Below, one piece after another: positions 31,091 to 39,542 of a DNA stretch of 59,210 nt; position 1 is the stretch's first letter; the number at the start of each line of letters is the position of its first letter. Source of the DNA: Bacteroidia bacterium (GTDB taxonomy: Bacteria; Bacteroidota; Bacteroidia; NS11-12g; UBA955); NCBI GenBank assembly GCA_044377005.1, contig JBILJV010000005.1, positions 1-59,210 on the forward strand, written 5' to 3'. The notes beneath the pieces are model-generated. The model ran no database searches, was not told where the DNA came from, and saw only the letters and a program-made list of their open reading frames with translations. A program made the translations under genes and the position numbers.

Positions 31091-32599
31091 TTATTTAATA
31101 ATTAATTCAATTGTATTTTTAGATTCAGTTCCAGCATTGTAGTTGGTAATAATTCTGTCTCTAGAGATACCGAATTTCTCGTTTAAGAATTTAACGATTT
31201 CTTCCATGCAACGAGTGTTACTTGCTGCGTTGTATTTAGAACTTTTTCCACCAGGACCATTCAATACTAATTTGTTTTCAGGACATTGTCTCATTTTGTC
31301 TGCAACAGCATACAACATGTTTTTAACTTCTTTTGTTAAGCAATTGCTAGAGATAGAGATTGGAGGGAAAGTAGCACCTTCACAGCTGCAGCACATTTTA
31401 ATTTCAATACCATTAGCATCAACTAATGCTCCTGGACTAGAATTATTTTCTCTGTCTCTGTGGTCAGGGATACCATCACCATCACTATCAACTGAAGCAC
31501 CTGCTGCATCAACTATAGCACCTTTGTCTGAGAATGGCTCTGAATCTTGACAATCTGGAACACCATCACCATCACTGTCAACAGCCATACCATTACCATA
31601 TACCATACATGAATCAGGAGTTGTATTATCTTGATCGAAACAATTAGAAACGTGGTCTTTGTCATCGTCAACACCTAAACAATCCGTTTTCTTTTTGATA
31701 TCAGCAACCTTTTCGTAAATAGATTCAACCGGGCTCAACCAATCATAGTGTTGTGAATTTTTAGAACCAAATTTGTAAGCGAAACTAGCTCTTAAAAAAG
31801 AGTAAGAATCCCACCATCTATTTGCCCAAATAGCAGTATTGTAGACATCAATATCATCAGATCTTAAAAATGTAGAACGTAATTCTAATCCTAAGTCGAA
31901 GTTTTTGCTTAAGTAATGTTTAAAACCAACTCCAAAAGGGATAATTAAATGTCTTCCTTCATATGATTCAGTTACATTTTTGCCAAAATTTGGGTTTGCA
32001 GTACCTCTACCAAAGTTTGATGTAAGGTAATAGTCACCAGTAAATAAACGTTGGTCAACAAAGTATGCATTTGCTTTAAATGAACCTTGACCAATACCAG
32101 TGAATAAATACATTTGTGTTTTTCTAAGCGGTCTTAAAAAGGAAATGTTTCCTAAAGTAAAATGAGCTTGAATGTTCCAATCTTGTACATTAGTTCTAAA
32201 TCTGAAATTATCTTTGAAGAAAGTTGGGTTTTGATAATCACGTTCACCTCTTAACATTGCAAAGTTATATTCACCTCTTAGTGCAAATGTCTGTGAAATT
32301 GAATATTTAACAAATGGAGCAAAATCATATCCCATTTGTTTTTTATCAGCATCACCATGCAAAGCTGAGACTCCAGCTAATAAACCTACAGACCATTTTT
32401 TAGCTCTTCTATCTTGGAAATATGAAGCTTGTAAAATTTGTCCTGAGTCAGCTGTTTTACCAGCAGCCCATTTGTTTTTGGCATAAGGATGATCTGCCAT
32501 TTTCTCTTTTTCTTGAGCGTTTACAAATAAAGAAGTTGCAAACAAACAAAATCCTAGTACTAAAGTTTTACTTAAATTCATTACAAATTTGGTTTTCAT
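31091..32599 (-). CDS. OmpA-family protein: beta-barrel, thrombospondin type-3 repeats and divergent OmpA-C domain
   Basis: Signal peptide, barrel strands, DSDGDGVPD/DSDGDGIPD Ca-binding repeats and terminal KFGISRDRI. Confidence 0.8.
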   Translation of the reverse strand: MKTKFVMNLSKTLVLGFCLFATSLFVNAQEKEKMADHPYAKNKWAAGKTADSGQILQASYFQDRRAKKWSVGLLAGVSALHGDADKKQMGYDFAPFVKYSISQTFALRGEYNFAMLRGERDYQNPTFFKDNFRFRTNVQDWNIQAHFTLGNISFLRPLRKTQMYLFTGIGQGSFKANAYFVDQRLFTGDYYLTSNFGRGTANPNFGKNVTESYEGRHLIIPFGVGFKHYLSKNFDLGLELRSTFLRSDDIDVYNTAIWANRWWDSYSFLRASFAYKFGSKNSQHYDWLSPVESIYEKVADIKKKTDCLGVDDDKDHVSNCFDQDNTTPDSCMVYGNGMAVDSDGDGVPDCQDSEPFSDKGAIVDAAGASVDSDGDGIPDHRDRENNSSPGALVDANGIEIKMCCSCEGATFPPISISSNCLTKEVKNMLYAVADKMRQCPENKLVLNGPGGKSSKYNAASNTRCMEEIVKFLNEKFGISRDRIITNYNAGTESKNTIELIIK

Positions 32600-32609
32600 T
32601 TTGAATTGG

Positions 32610-32641
32610 CAAAGGTATAAGTTTTTAATACAAAAAACAAA
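32610..32641 (-). promoter_or_regulatory. Full -33/-7 promoter of the OmpA-like gene
   Basis: Minus strand TTTG-N20-TACCTTTG, 10 nt before the ATG. Confidence 0.7.
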
Positions 32642-32704
32642 ACAATTAACCTTAAAATAATCTTGTAATTTAAATATTTATTCAATTTATTGATATTCAA
32701 TTAA

Positions 32705-34291
32705 TTAAATAAATAAAATTGAAGCAAAATTTTGATCTAATTGTGGCTTAAATGTTAATAAGCCTATCAATTTTGGGTTTTTTAAAAGCCATTCTGCACA
32801 AAATTGTTTGCGTTCTTGCAATGATTCTTTTGCAAAATAACCTTCAAATAAATCATTGATTTTAATAAGCTTATCTTCTAACTCTAAACTTAATTTGTCT
32901 TGATAAAGTTGATTTATTTTCTTTAAAATTTTTGAGTAATCTTTACCTAATTCTACCAAAGTGGACATTTCATTGATACCAACTTTGCGGGTTTCGCTTT
33001 GTATTTTATCTTTTAATACCTCAAATTCAACACTCAAATTCTTGAACACTGTGTTTGACACACTCAAATAATTCAAGAAATCATTTTTCTCTTTAATTTC
33101 AAAAAAATGAATGGGGTCGAACGACAATGAATTTAACAGCTTCTGTTGCTTTTTATTGAGTAACCATACACTTGTTCTCAATCTTATTTCTGGGGCAACA
33201 GTGATATTTTCATCAAAAATCCCTTTCAACTGCAACCAATAATTTACCTCCGCATTACCTCCAATATAAGCCACATTAGGCAATATAGTTTCTTGATATA
33301 AAGGTCGTAAAACTGCATTAGGGCTGAATTTATCAGTATCTGTTTCAATCAAATTCAAAAGCTCTGTTTCTGTAAACTTTAATTCTGTTCCCAAAACGGA
33401 AAATAAACCTTCTTCTCTTACTATTCTTGAACGCAATTGATGGTCGAGGTAAAAAAAATTGATTTCTCTAGCGCCTAATTGAAGGGAATATTTTTGTTCT
33501 TTCAGTTTGTCCGAAAATTCATTAAATACTTTATAATTAATGGAACTTAAAACATCTTTTTTAATAACAGGGATTAACTCTTGTTTTAATGCTTTTGAAT
33601 CTCCATCTATCACAATTATCTTATCAAACCCAAACACAGAATGAACCAATTTGGCAGTTGATTCTGACATGGTTTGGGATTCAGAATAACAAGTTTTCCA
33701 ATGAATTAAAAGTCCTTTTTGCTCCTCATTTAATGAAACTGATTCAAGAATTTCATCAATTAAAGTTACAACTCCATTTGTACTAAATCTTCCAATTGCT
33801 CCTGATTCGTCCGATGACCATTGAAAGTTTTTACCAAACAAGTTGACATTTTTAACTTCGTCAAAATCATGGTCTTCGGAGGCTAACCAAAATACTGGAA
33901 CAAAAGTTAATTCAGGATATACATTATTGAGCAATGTTACATATTGAAGGGTATCATTTATTTTATAAAGGACATACAAGGGACCAAGCAAAGGGTGAAG
34001 TTGCTGACCAGTGGTGACTGTATAAGTATTGGGTGACAGCAATCGTTCAATATTAAAAACGACCTGTTGACTATCAGTTGTATTTAAATTAAGTTTTTTG
34101 TATTGATTTTTTAACTCTTCAACTAAAACAACTCTCCGATTTTGAGAAAACTCTTTTTTACCTTTAATGGCTTCATTGAGTGAAAAATAAGAACTTTGTG
34201 ATTCAAATAGCTTAACTAATTCTGGCTTTTTATCTATAAATGCTTTGGTTGTTGAACTTAAAAATGGAAGATGATTGGCATTAAAAATCAT
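32705..34291 (-). CDS. bshC: Bacillithiol biosynthesis cysteine-adding enzyme
   Basis: VTTGQQ, GPLYVLYK, PVFWLASEDHDF and FSPNAVLRPLYQETILPNVAYIGG..E..YW.QLK. Confidence 0.88.
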   Translation of the reverse strand: MIFNANHLPFLSSTTKAFIDKKPELVKLFESQSSYFSLNEAIKGKKEFSQNRRVVLVEELKNQYKKLNLNTTDSQQVVFNIERLLSPNTYTVTTGQQLHPLLGPLYVLYKINDTLQYVTLLNNVYPELTFVPVFWLASEDHDFDEVKNVNLFGKNFQWSSDESGAIGRFSTNGVVTLIDEILESVSLNEEQKGLLIHWKTCYSESQTMSESTAKLVHSVFGFDKIIVIDGDSKALKQELIPVIKKDVLSSINYKVFNEFSDKLKEQKYSLQLGAREINFFYLDHQLRSRIVREEGLFSVLGTELKFTETELLNLIETDTDKFSPNAVLRPLYQETILPNVAYIGGNAEVNYWLQLKGIFDENITVAPEIRLRTSVWLLNKKQQKLLNSLSFDPIHFFEIKEKNDFLNYLSVSNTVFKNLSVEFEVLKDKIQSETRKVGINEMSTLVELGKDYSKILKKINQLYQDKLSLELEDKLIKINDLFEGYFAKESLQERKQFCAEWLLKNPKLIGLLTFKPQLDQNFASILFI

Positions 34292-34295
34292 TTCA

Positions 34296-35612
34296 TTAAG
34301 ATTTAACTACAGTTCCAATTAAGTCAAACGATTCTGCTGCGGTGATTAAAACATTTGCAAAATCACCAATTTTAACATACTGATTTTTGGCTTCAACCAA
34401 AACCTCATTGTCCACTTCGGGAGAATCAGCTTCTGTTCTTCCTATAAAATAATCACCTTCTTTTCTATCAAACAATACTTTTAAAGTAGTTCCAATTTTT
34501 AGTTTATTTTTTTCAAGAGAAATATCTTCTTGAATGGCCATTATTTCAGAAGCTCTGGTTTTTTTGATATGTTCAGGCACATCGTCTTCGAAGGAATGGG
34601 CATGTGTATTTTCCTCATGCGAATAAGTAAATACGCCGAGTCTGTCAAATTGAAAATCTTTTACAAACTGCTTTAATTCTTCAAAATCTTCCTCTGTCTC
34701 ACCTGGGTGTCCAACCAATAAAGTTGTTCTTAATGAAATTCCTGGCACTTTTTCCTTAATTTCATTGAGCACCTCGTATGTTTTCCTTTTGGTGATACCT
34801 CTTCGCATTTTTTTCAGAACATTGTCTGAAATATGCTGAACAGGCATGTCCAAATATTTGCAAATAGATTGCTTAGAAGCCATTACAGGTAATATTTCTG
34901 CAGGGAATTGTGATGGATAAGCATAATGTAACCGAATCCAATCAATACCTTCTACTTCTGACAAGGCTTCCAATAGTTCTTTCAACTTTCTTTCACCGTA
35001 CAAATCAATACCATAATAAGTACTATCTTGTGCAATTAGCATTAACTCTTTTGTTCCGTTTTTAGCTAAATTATGAGCTTCAGTCACCACTTGTTCTATG
35101 GATTTACTAACGTGTTTTCCTCTCATTAGAGGAATTGCACAAAACGAGCAGGGCCTGTTACAACCTTCACTTATTTTTAAATAAGCAAAATGTTGTGGTG
35201 TAGTGGTAAGTCTTTCTCCTATTAGTTCATGTTTATAGTCTGCTCCTAATGTTTTCAACAAATTAGGCAATTCCAAAGTACCAAAATAGGCATCAACTTG
35301 TGGAATTTCATTTTCTAATTCGTCTTTATATCGGTGAGATAAACAGCCTGTAACATACAATTTATCAATTCTTCCTGCTTCTTTTTCATCAACATATTGG
35401 AGTATAGTGTCTATACTTTCTTGCTTTGCATTGTCTATAAATCCACAGGTATTTATGACAATAATGTTAGCATCATCCTTTTCAGACTCGTGAGTTGCGT
35501 CCATATCATTGCCTTTGAGTTGACTTAACAAGACTTCACTATCGACTAAATTTTTACTACACCCAAGTGTAATTATATTTATTTTATTTTGCTTTAAAGA
35601 TTTAGTTTTCAT
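34296..35612 (-). CDS. rimO: Ribosomal protein S12 methylthiotransferase
   Basis: LGCSKNLVDSE, NTCGFI, EGCNRPCSFCAIP (CxxxCxxC) and a TRAM domain. Confidence 0.95.
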   Translation of the reverse strand: MKTKSLKQNKINIITLGCSKNLVDSEVLLSQLKGNDMDATHESEKDDANIIVINTCGFIDNAKQESIDTILQYVDEKEAGRIDKLYVTGCLSHRYKDELENEIPQVDAYFGTLELPNLLKTLGADYKHELIGERLTTTPQHFAYLKISEGCNRPCSFCAIPLMRGKHVSKSIEQVVTEAHNLAKNGTKELMLIAQDSTYYGIDLYGERKLKELLEALSEVEGIDWIRLHYAYPSQFPAEILPVMASKQSICKYLDMPVQHISDNVLKKMRRGITKRKTYEVLNEIKEKVPGISLRTTLLVGHPGETEEDFEELKQFVKDFQFDRLGVFTYSHEENTHAHSFEDDVPEHIKKTRASEIMAIQEDISLEKNKLKIGTTLKVLFDRKEGDYFIGRTEADSPEVDNEVLVEAKNQYVKIGDFANVLITAAESFDLIGTVVKS

Positions 35613-35613
35613 T

Positions 35614-36582
35614 TTACACTTCGAATAAAGAATCTACAAAAGACTTGGCATTAAACAATTGAATATCTTGAATTCCTTCGCCAACACCAATAACTCTTAC
35701 TGGAATTTTAAACTGGTCGCTTATACCAATAACGACACCTCCTTTGGCGGTTCCATCTAATTTGGTTAAAGCAAGTGAAGTAACTTCAGTTGCGGCAGTA
35801 AATTGTTTGGCTTGTTCAAAAGCATTTTGCCCAGTGGAGGCGTCTAATACAAGCATTACTTCATTAGGTGCATAGTTGTATATTTTTGACATTACCCTTT
35901 TTATTTTACTTAGCTCGTTCATCAAATTCACTTTATTATGTAATCTTCCTGCGGTATCAACAATAACGACGTCATATTGTTCATTTTTTGCAATTTGAAG
36001 CGCTTCAAAAGCCACGGCAGAAGGGTCGGTATTCATCCCTTTAGCAAAAAAACCACATCCTACCCTTTGACTCCATATTTCTAATTGATCCACAGCACCT
36101 GCTCTGAAAGTATCGGCAGCTACCAACAAAACCTTGTTTCCGTTTTTTACAAATTGATTGGCCATTTTACCAATTGTAGTTGTTTTTCCAACACCATTAA
36201 CCCCAACAACCATTAATATGAAAGGTTTTACTTGATTTTTCATGGTAAAATCAAAATCTGGTGTCTTTTTATTTTCTGTTAGTAATAGGTTTATTTCATC
36301 TCTTAAGATTGAGTGTAATTCGGCCGTGTTTAGATATTTGTCTTGTTTTACTCTGGTTTCTATTCTTTCAATAATTTTAATAGTGGTAGAAATACCCACA
36401 TCGCTAGAGACCAAAATTTCTTCCAATTCATCTAAAAAAGAAGCATCAACTGTAGATTTACCGGCAACTGCTTTTGAGAGTTTAGTAAAAAAGTTATCTT
36501 TTGTTTTTTCAAGCCCTTTAGAAATTTCGGTTGATTGAACCTCAACTTTTTTATTGGATTTAAAAATATCAAATATTGACAT
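35614..36582 (-). CDS. ftsY: Signal recognition particle receptor
   Basis: GVNGVGKTT, DTFRAGA, DTAGR, TKLDGTAKGG. Confidence 0.96.
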   Translation of the reverse strand: MSIFDIFKSNKKVEVQSTEISKGLEKTKDNFFTKLSKAVAGKSTVDASFLDELEEILVSSDVGISTTIKIIERIETRVKQDKYLNTAELHSILRDEINLLLTENKKTPDFDFTMKNQVKPFILMVVGVNGVGKTTTIGKMANQFVKNGNKVLLVAADTFRAGAVDQLEIWSQRVGCGFFAKGMNTDPSAVAFEALQIAKNEQYDVVIVDTAGRLHNKVNLMNELSKIKRVMSKIYNYAPNEVMLVLDASTGQNAFEQAKQFTAATEVTSLALTKLDGTAKGGVVIGISDQFKIPVRVIGVGEGIQDIQLFNAKSFVDSLFEV

Positions 36583-36603
36583 TGATTGTATTGATTAAAT
36601 AGT

Positions 36604-36630
36604 AAAAAAAAAGCCCCCGTTTCCGGAGGC
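36604..36630 (-). terminator. Intrinsic terminator after the rpmB-rpmG-DUF4295 unit
   Basis: Minus strand GCCTCCG-GAAA-CGGGGGC followed by 9 T. Confidence 0.85.
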
Positions 36631-36651
36631 AATCTAAATATATTTTGTTTA

Positions 36652-36804
36652 TTATTTATTAAAATAAGTTTTCGCTTCTTCTCCGGTGATGATGTCTTCC
36701 TTGAAAGAATAAGCACCGTTTTTAGATTTTATTGCTTTGAAAACTTTAACAAAGTCTTTACCTTCTCCTGCTTTTTTTAATGTTGCAACAACTTTCTTTG
36801 CCAT
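36652..36804 (-). CDS. DUF4295 small protein (Bacteroidota ribosomal protein bL38); absent from the ORF track
   Basis: Hand translation gives MAKKVVATLKKAGEGKDFVKVFKAIKSKNGAYSFKEDIITGEEAKTYFNK (50 aa), in the conserved position between rpmG and ftsY. Confidence 0.9.
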   Translation of the reverse strand: MAKKVVATLKKAGEGKDFVKVFKAIKSKNGAYSFKEDIITGEEAKTYFNK

Positions 36805-36811
36805 AATTTAA

Positions 36812-36994
36812 TTATTTAATTTCTTTGTGAACGGTTACTTTTTTCATGAAAGGATTGTATTTTTTCAATTCAATTCTTTCAGTTGTATTTTTTTTGTTTT
36901 TAGTTGTAATATATCTGCTCATACCTGGTACATCCGAATTTTTTTGTTCGGTGCATTCTAATATTACTTGTATGCGATTGCCTTTTTTTGCCAT
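36812..36994 (-). CDS. rpmG: 50S ribosomal protein L33
   Basis: [14 protein letters not shown]...[19 protein letters not shown]...HKEIK. Confidence 0.96.
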   Translation of the reverse strand: MAKKGNRIQVILECTEQKNSDVPGMSRYITTKNKKNTTERIELKKYNPFMKKVTVHKEIK

Positions 36995-36996
36995 GA

Positions 36997-37230
36997 TTAT
37001 ATTGTTCCTTTCTTAAATACTCTGTTTAATGCTTCGGTAATGCCTATTTTGTTAATAGTTCTAATGGTTGAAGCAGATACTTTAAGGGTAATCCACTCTG
37101 CTGTTTCTGGTATAAAAAATCTTTTCTCATGTAAATTTGGGTAAAATCTACGTTTAGTTTTACGGTTACTATGAGAAACATTATTACCTGCTAACGCCTT
37201 TTTTCCTGATAAATCACAAACTCTTGACAT
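36997..37230 (-). CDS. rpmB: 50S ribosomal protein L28
   Basis: [10 protein letters not shown]...[19 protein letters not shown]. -7 element TACATTTG at 37250-37257. Confidence 0.96.
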   Translation of the reverse strand: MSRVCDLSGKKALAGNNVSHSNRKTKRRFYPNLHEKRFFIPETAEWITLKVSASTIRTINKIGITEALNRVFKKGTI

Positions 37231-37321
37231 ACGTTTTAAATTGGGAGTGCAAATGTAGTGAATAAATTGTCAATTATCCAAATTGTTTAGTAAAAAAAAC
37301 AATTTATTTATAAAATAGCTA

Positions 37322-38497
37322 CTAATTTTGTGGATACAACAGATATTTTGCCCTTATTTCTTTATAACTATTTAACTCCTGTTGCCAAGATTGTCTAATT
37401 TCATAGACAGATTTACCCTCTATTATTTGATTTCTAAGTTTATTTGTACCCGCTAACTTGTCGAAAAAACCATTCTTATTGAAAAAATTGAGTGGATTTT
37501 GGGAATGGCGATAACTCATAATTAATGGATTTAAGTTCAACTCATTTTGTTCAAAATGTCTTTTTTCTCCATACAATGTCATGTCAAAACCAATACATGT
37601 ATCATTTAAAAATTTAGGATTTTCCGCAACCCCTTTAATACTTTTAGGTACAAATTTGTAATTTCCAAACCCTAAATCAGGTGAACCAAAGCACTGGTAT
37701 GCTTTATTTGTTCCCTGACCTATACTTACAACAGTACCTTCAAAAAGCCCTAAACTTGGATACAGGTAAATAGCACTTTGAGACATGAGATTTGGTGATG
37801 GTTTTATTGGCAATTGATATGGAGTTTGGTGGGTATAATTGGCAACTTTAACTACCTCTAATGGACAATTTAATCCTCCGTTTAACCATTTTTCACCATT
37901 TATCATTAGAGCCAGTTCTCCCACTGTACATCCGTGAACCAAAGGGATGGGGTGCATTCCAACAAAACTTTGAAACTCTTTTTGTAATACAGGACCATCT
38001 ACATAATGTCCATTTGGATTAGGTCTATCTAATACTATTAATGGAATATTTAATTCAGCACAAATTTCCATTACATAGTGCATTGTACTGATATAAGTAT
38101 AAAAACGAACCCCAACATCTTGAATATCAAAAATGACATATTCTACGTTTTGCATATCCTCATTTGTAGGTTTTTTGTGGCTACCATATAAGGAAATTAT
38201 TTTTATTCCTGTTTTAGTATCAATGTCGCTATTGACATGTGTTCCTGCACTTTTATCACCTCTAAAACCATGTTCAGGTGCAAAAATACAAGTAACTTGA
38301 ATTCCTAAACTCATCAATGAATCTACTAAATGAGTTTGATTAATCAAACTAGTGTGATTAACAACGAGTGCTACTTTTTTCACTTGAATTAGTGGTAAAT
38401 ATTTTTTTACTTGTGAAGCCCCATTTAATATTTGTGCATCCAAAAAGTTTGTAAATATTATAAATAACGAAATGAAAGTATATTTGATGATGAACAT
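37322..38497 (-). CDS. namZ: DUF1343-family exo-beta-N-acetylmuramidase
   Basis: FAPEHGFRG, SLYG, FDIQDVGVRFYTYISTM, LDRPNP and PSPNL. Confidence 0.85.
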   Translation of the reverse strand: MFIIKYTFISLFIIFTNFLDAQILNGASQVKKYLPLIQVKKVALVVNHTSLINQTHLVDSLMSLGIQVTCIFAPEHGFRGDKSAGTHVNSDIDTKTGIKIISLYGSHKKPTNEDMQNVEYVIFDIQDVGVRFYTYISTMHYVMEICAELNIPLIVLDRPNPNGHYVDGPVLQKEFQSFVGMHPIPLVHGCTVGELALMINGEKWLNGGLNCPLEVVKVANYTHQTPYQLPIKPSPNLMSQSAIYLYPSLGLFEGTVVSIGQGTNKAYQCFGSPDLGFGNYKFVPKSIKGVAENPKFLNDTCIGFDMTLYGEKRHFEQNELNLNPLIMSYRHSQNPLNFFNKNGFFDKLAGTNKLRNQIIEGKSVYEIRQSWQQELNSYKEIRAKYLLYPQN

Positions 38498-38909
38498 AAA
38501 ATTATTAAAAAAAATTAAATTCTGCTAAAAAACAATATACTTTAAATCATCTTTAATTTTTAACTTCAAAAATTATGATTCATTGATTAACTTAAAGTTG
38601 ATTGATTACCGTGATTTTTAGAACTAAACTTAACCCATCAAAAATAAGTGAGTATTTTAAATTCCACTTATTGAAGTTTTGGTTTTTTTACACCATATAG
38701 TAACACATTCAATAAGGATGCCATTAATCAACATCAAAATCCAATAAATTAAATCTAGTATTTGTTTTGCTAATTAATACTTATAGTTTATGGTTACAAT
38801 AACTTTACTATAAAATACAAGCACAATTACATTGTCTATTTTATTAGAATTATACTATTTAAACTAAACCATTTTAATTCGAAAAGCCAAAAAATAGAAG
38901 ATTTAAAGT

Positions 38910-39542
38910 CTAAAATTGGTTTAAAAAATTACTGTTTTTATCTTTCAAACTAAATATCTCTGCTTTACTCCTTATATGAAGTTTGGAATAAATATTTTTG
39001 ATATGTTTTCTAACTGTATCTATTGAAATGTCATACTTAGCAGCAATTAATTTGTAACTTAAACCCTCTAAAATACCATTTGCAACCTCCTTTTCTCTTT
39101 TTGACAAGTCAATTAACACATCTTTTTTGGGCTGGAAACAACTCATTACTTTCCTACAAATACTTGGGCTCATAAAAGAACCTCCATTGTAAACAACCTT
39201 CAATATATCAACCATCTCAACCATGGAATGGTCTTTGGAGACATAAGCTATTGCGCCCTTTGAAAGTGACTTAAATACATTTTCACTATCTTCCATAACT
39301 GAATAAACAACAATGTGCGCTTGCGGATATAAAGTTTTTAGCTTTGGAATTAAATCATTCCCATTGACCGATGGCAAAATCAAATCTAACAAAATAATGT
39401 CTGGTTGCTTTCCTTTTTTAAAGAATTTTGTAATTTCTTCGATACTATCCGACACAAAGCAAATATCAAAATCCTTACTTAAGTAATCTACCAAACCTTT
39501 TCTAATAATTAGGTCGTCCTCTATAATTGCTAATTTTATCAT
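38910..39542 (-). CDS. NarL/LuxR-family response regulator
   Basis: IEDD...DIILLDLILP receiver domain and LSKREKEV...GLSYK.IA...IS..TV..H...IYSKL HTH. Confidence 0.92.
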   Translation of the reverse strand: MIKLAIIEDDLIIRKGLVDYLSKDFDICFVSDSIEEITKFFKKGKQPDIILLDLILPSVNGNDLIPKLKTLYPQAHIVVYSVMEDSENVFKSLSKGAIAYVSKDHSMVEMVDILKVVYNGGSFMSPSICRKVMSCFQPKKDVLIDLSKREKEVANGILEGLSYKLIAAKYDISIDTVRKHIKNIYSKLHIRSKAEIFSLKDKNSNFLNQF

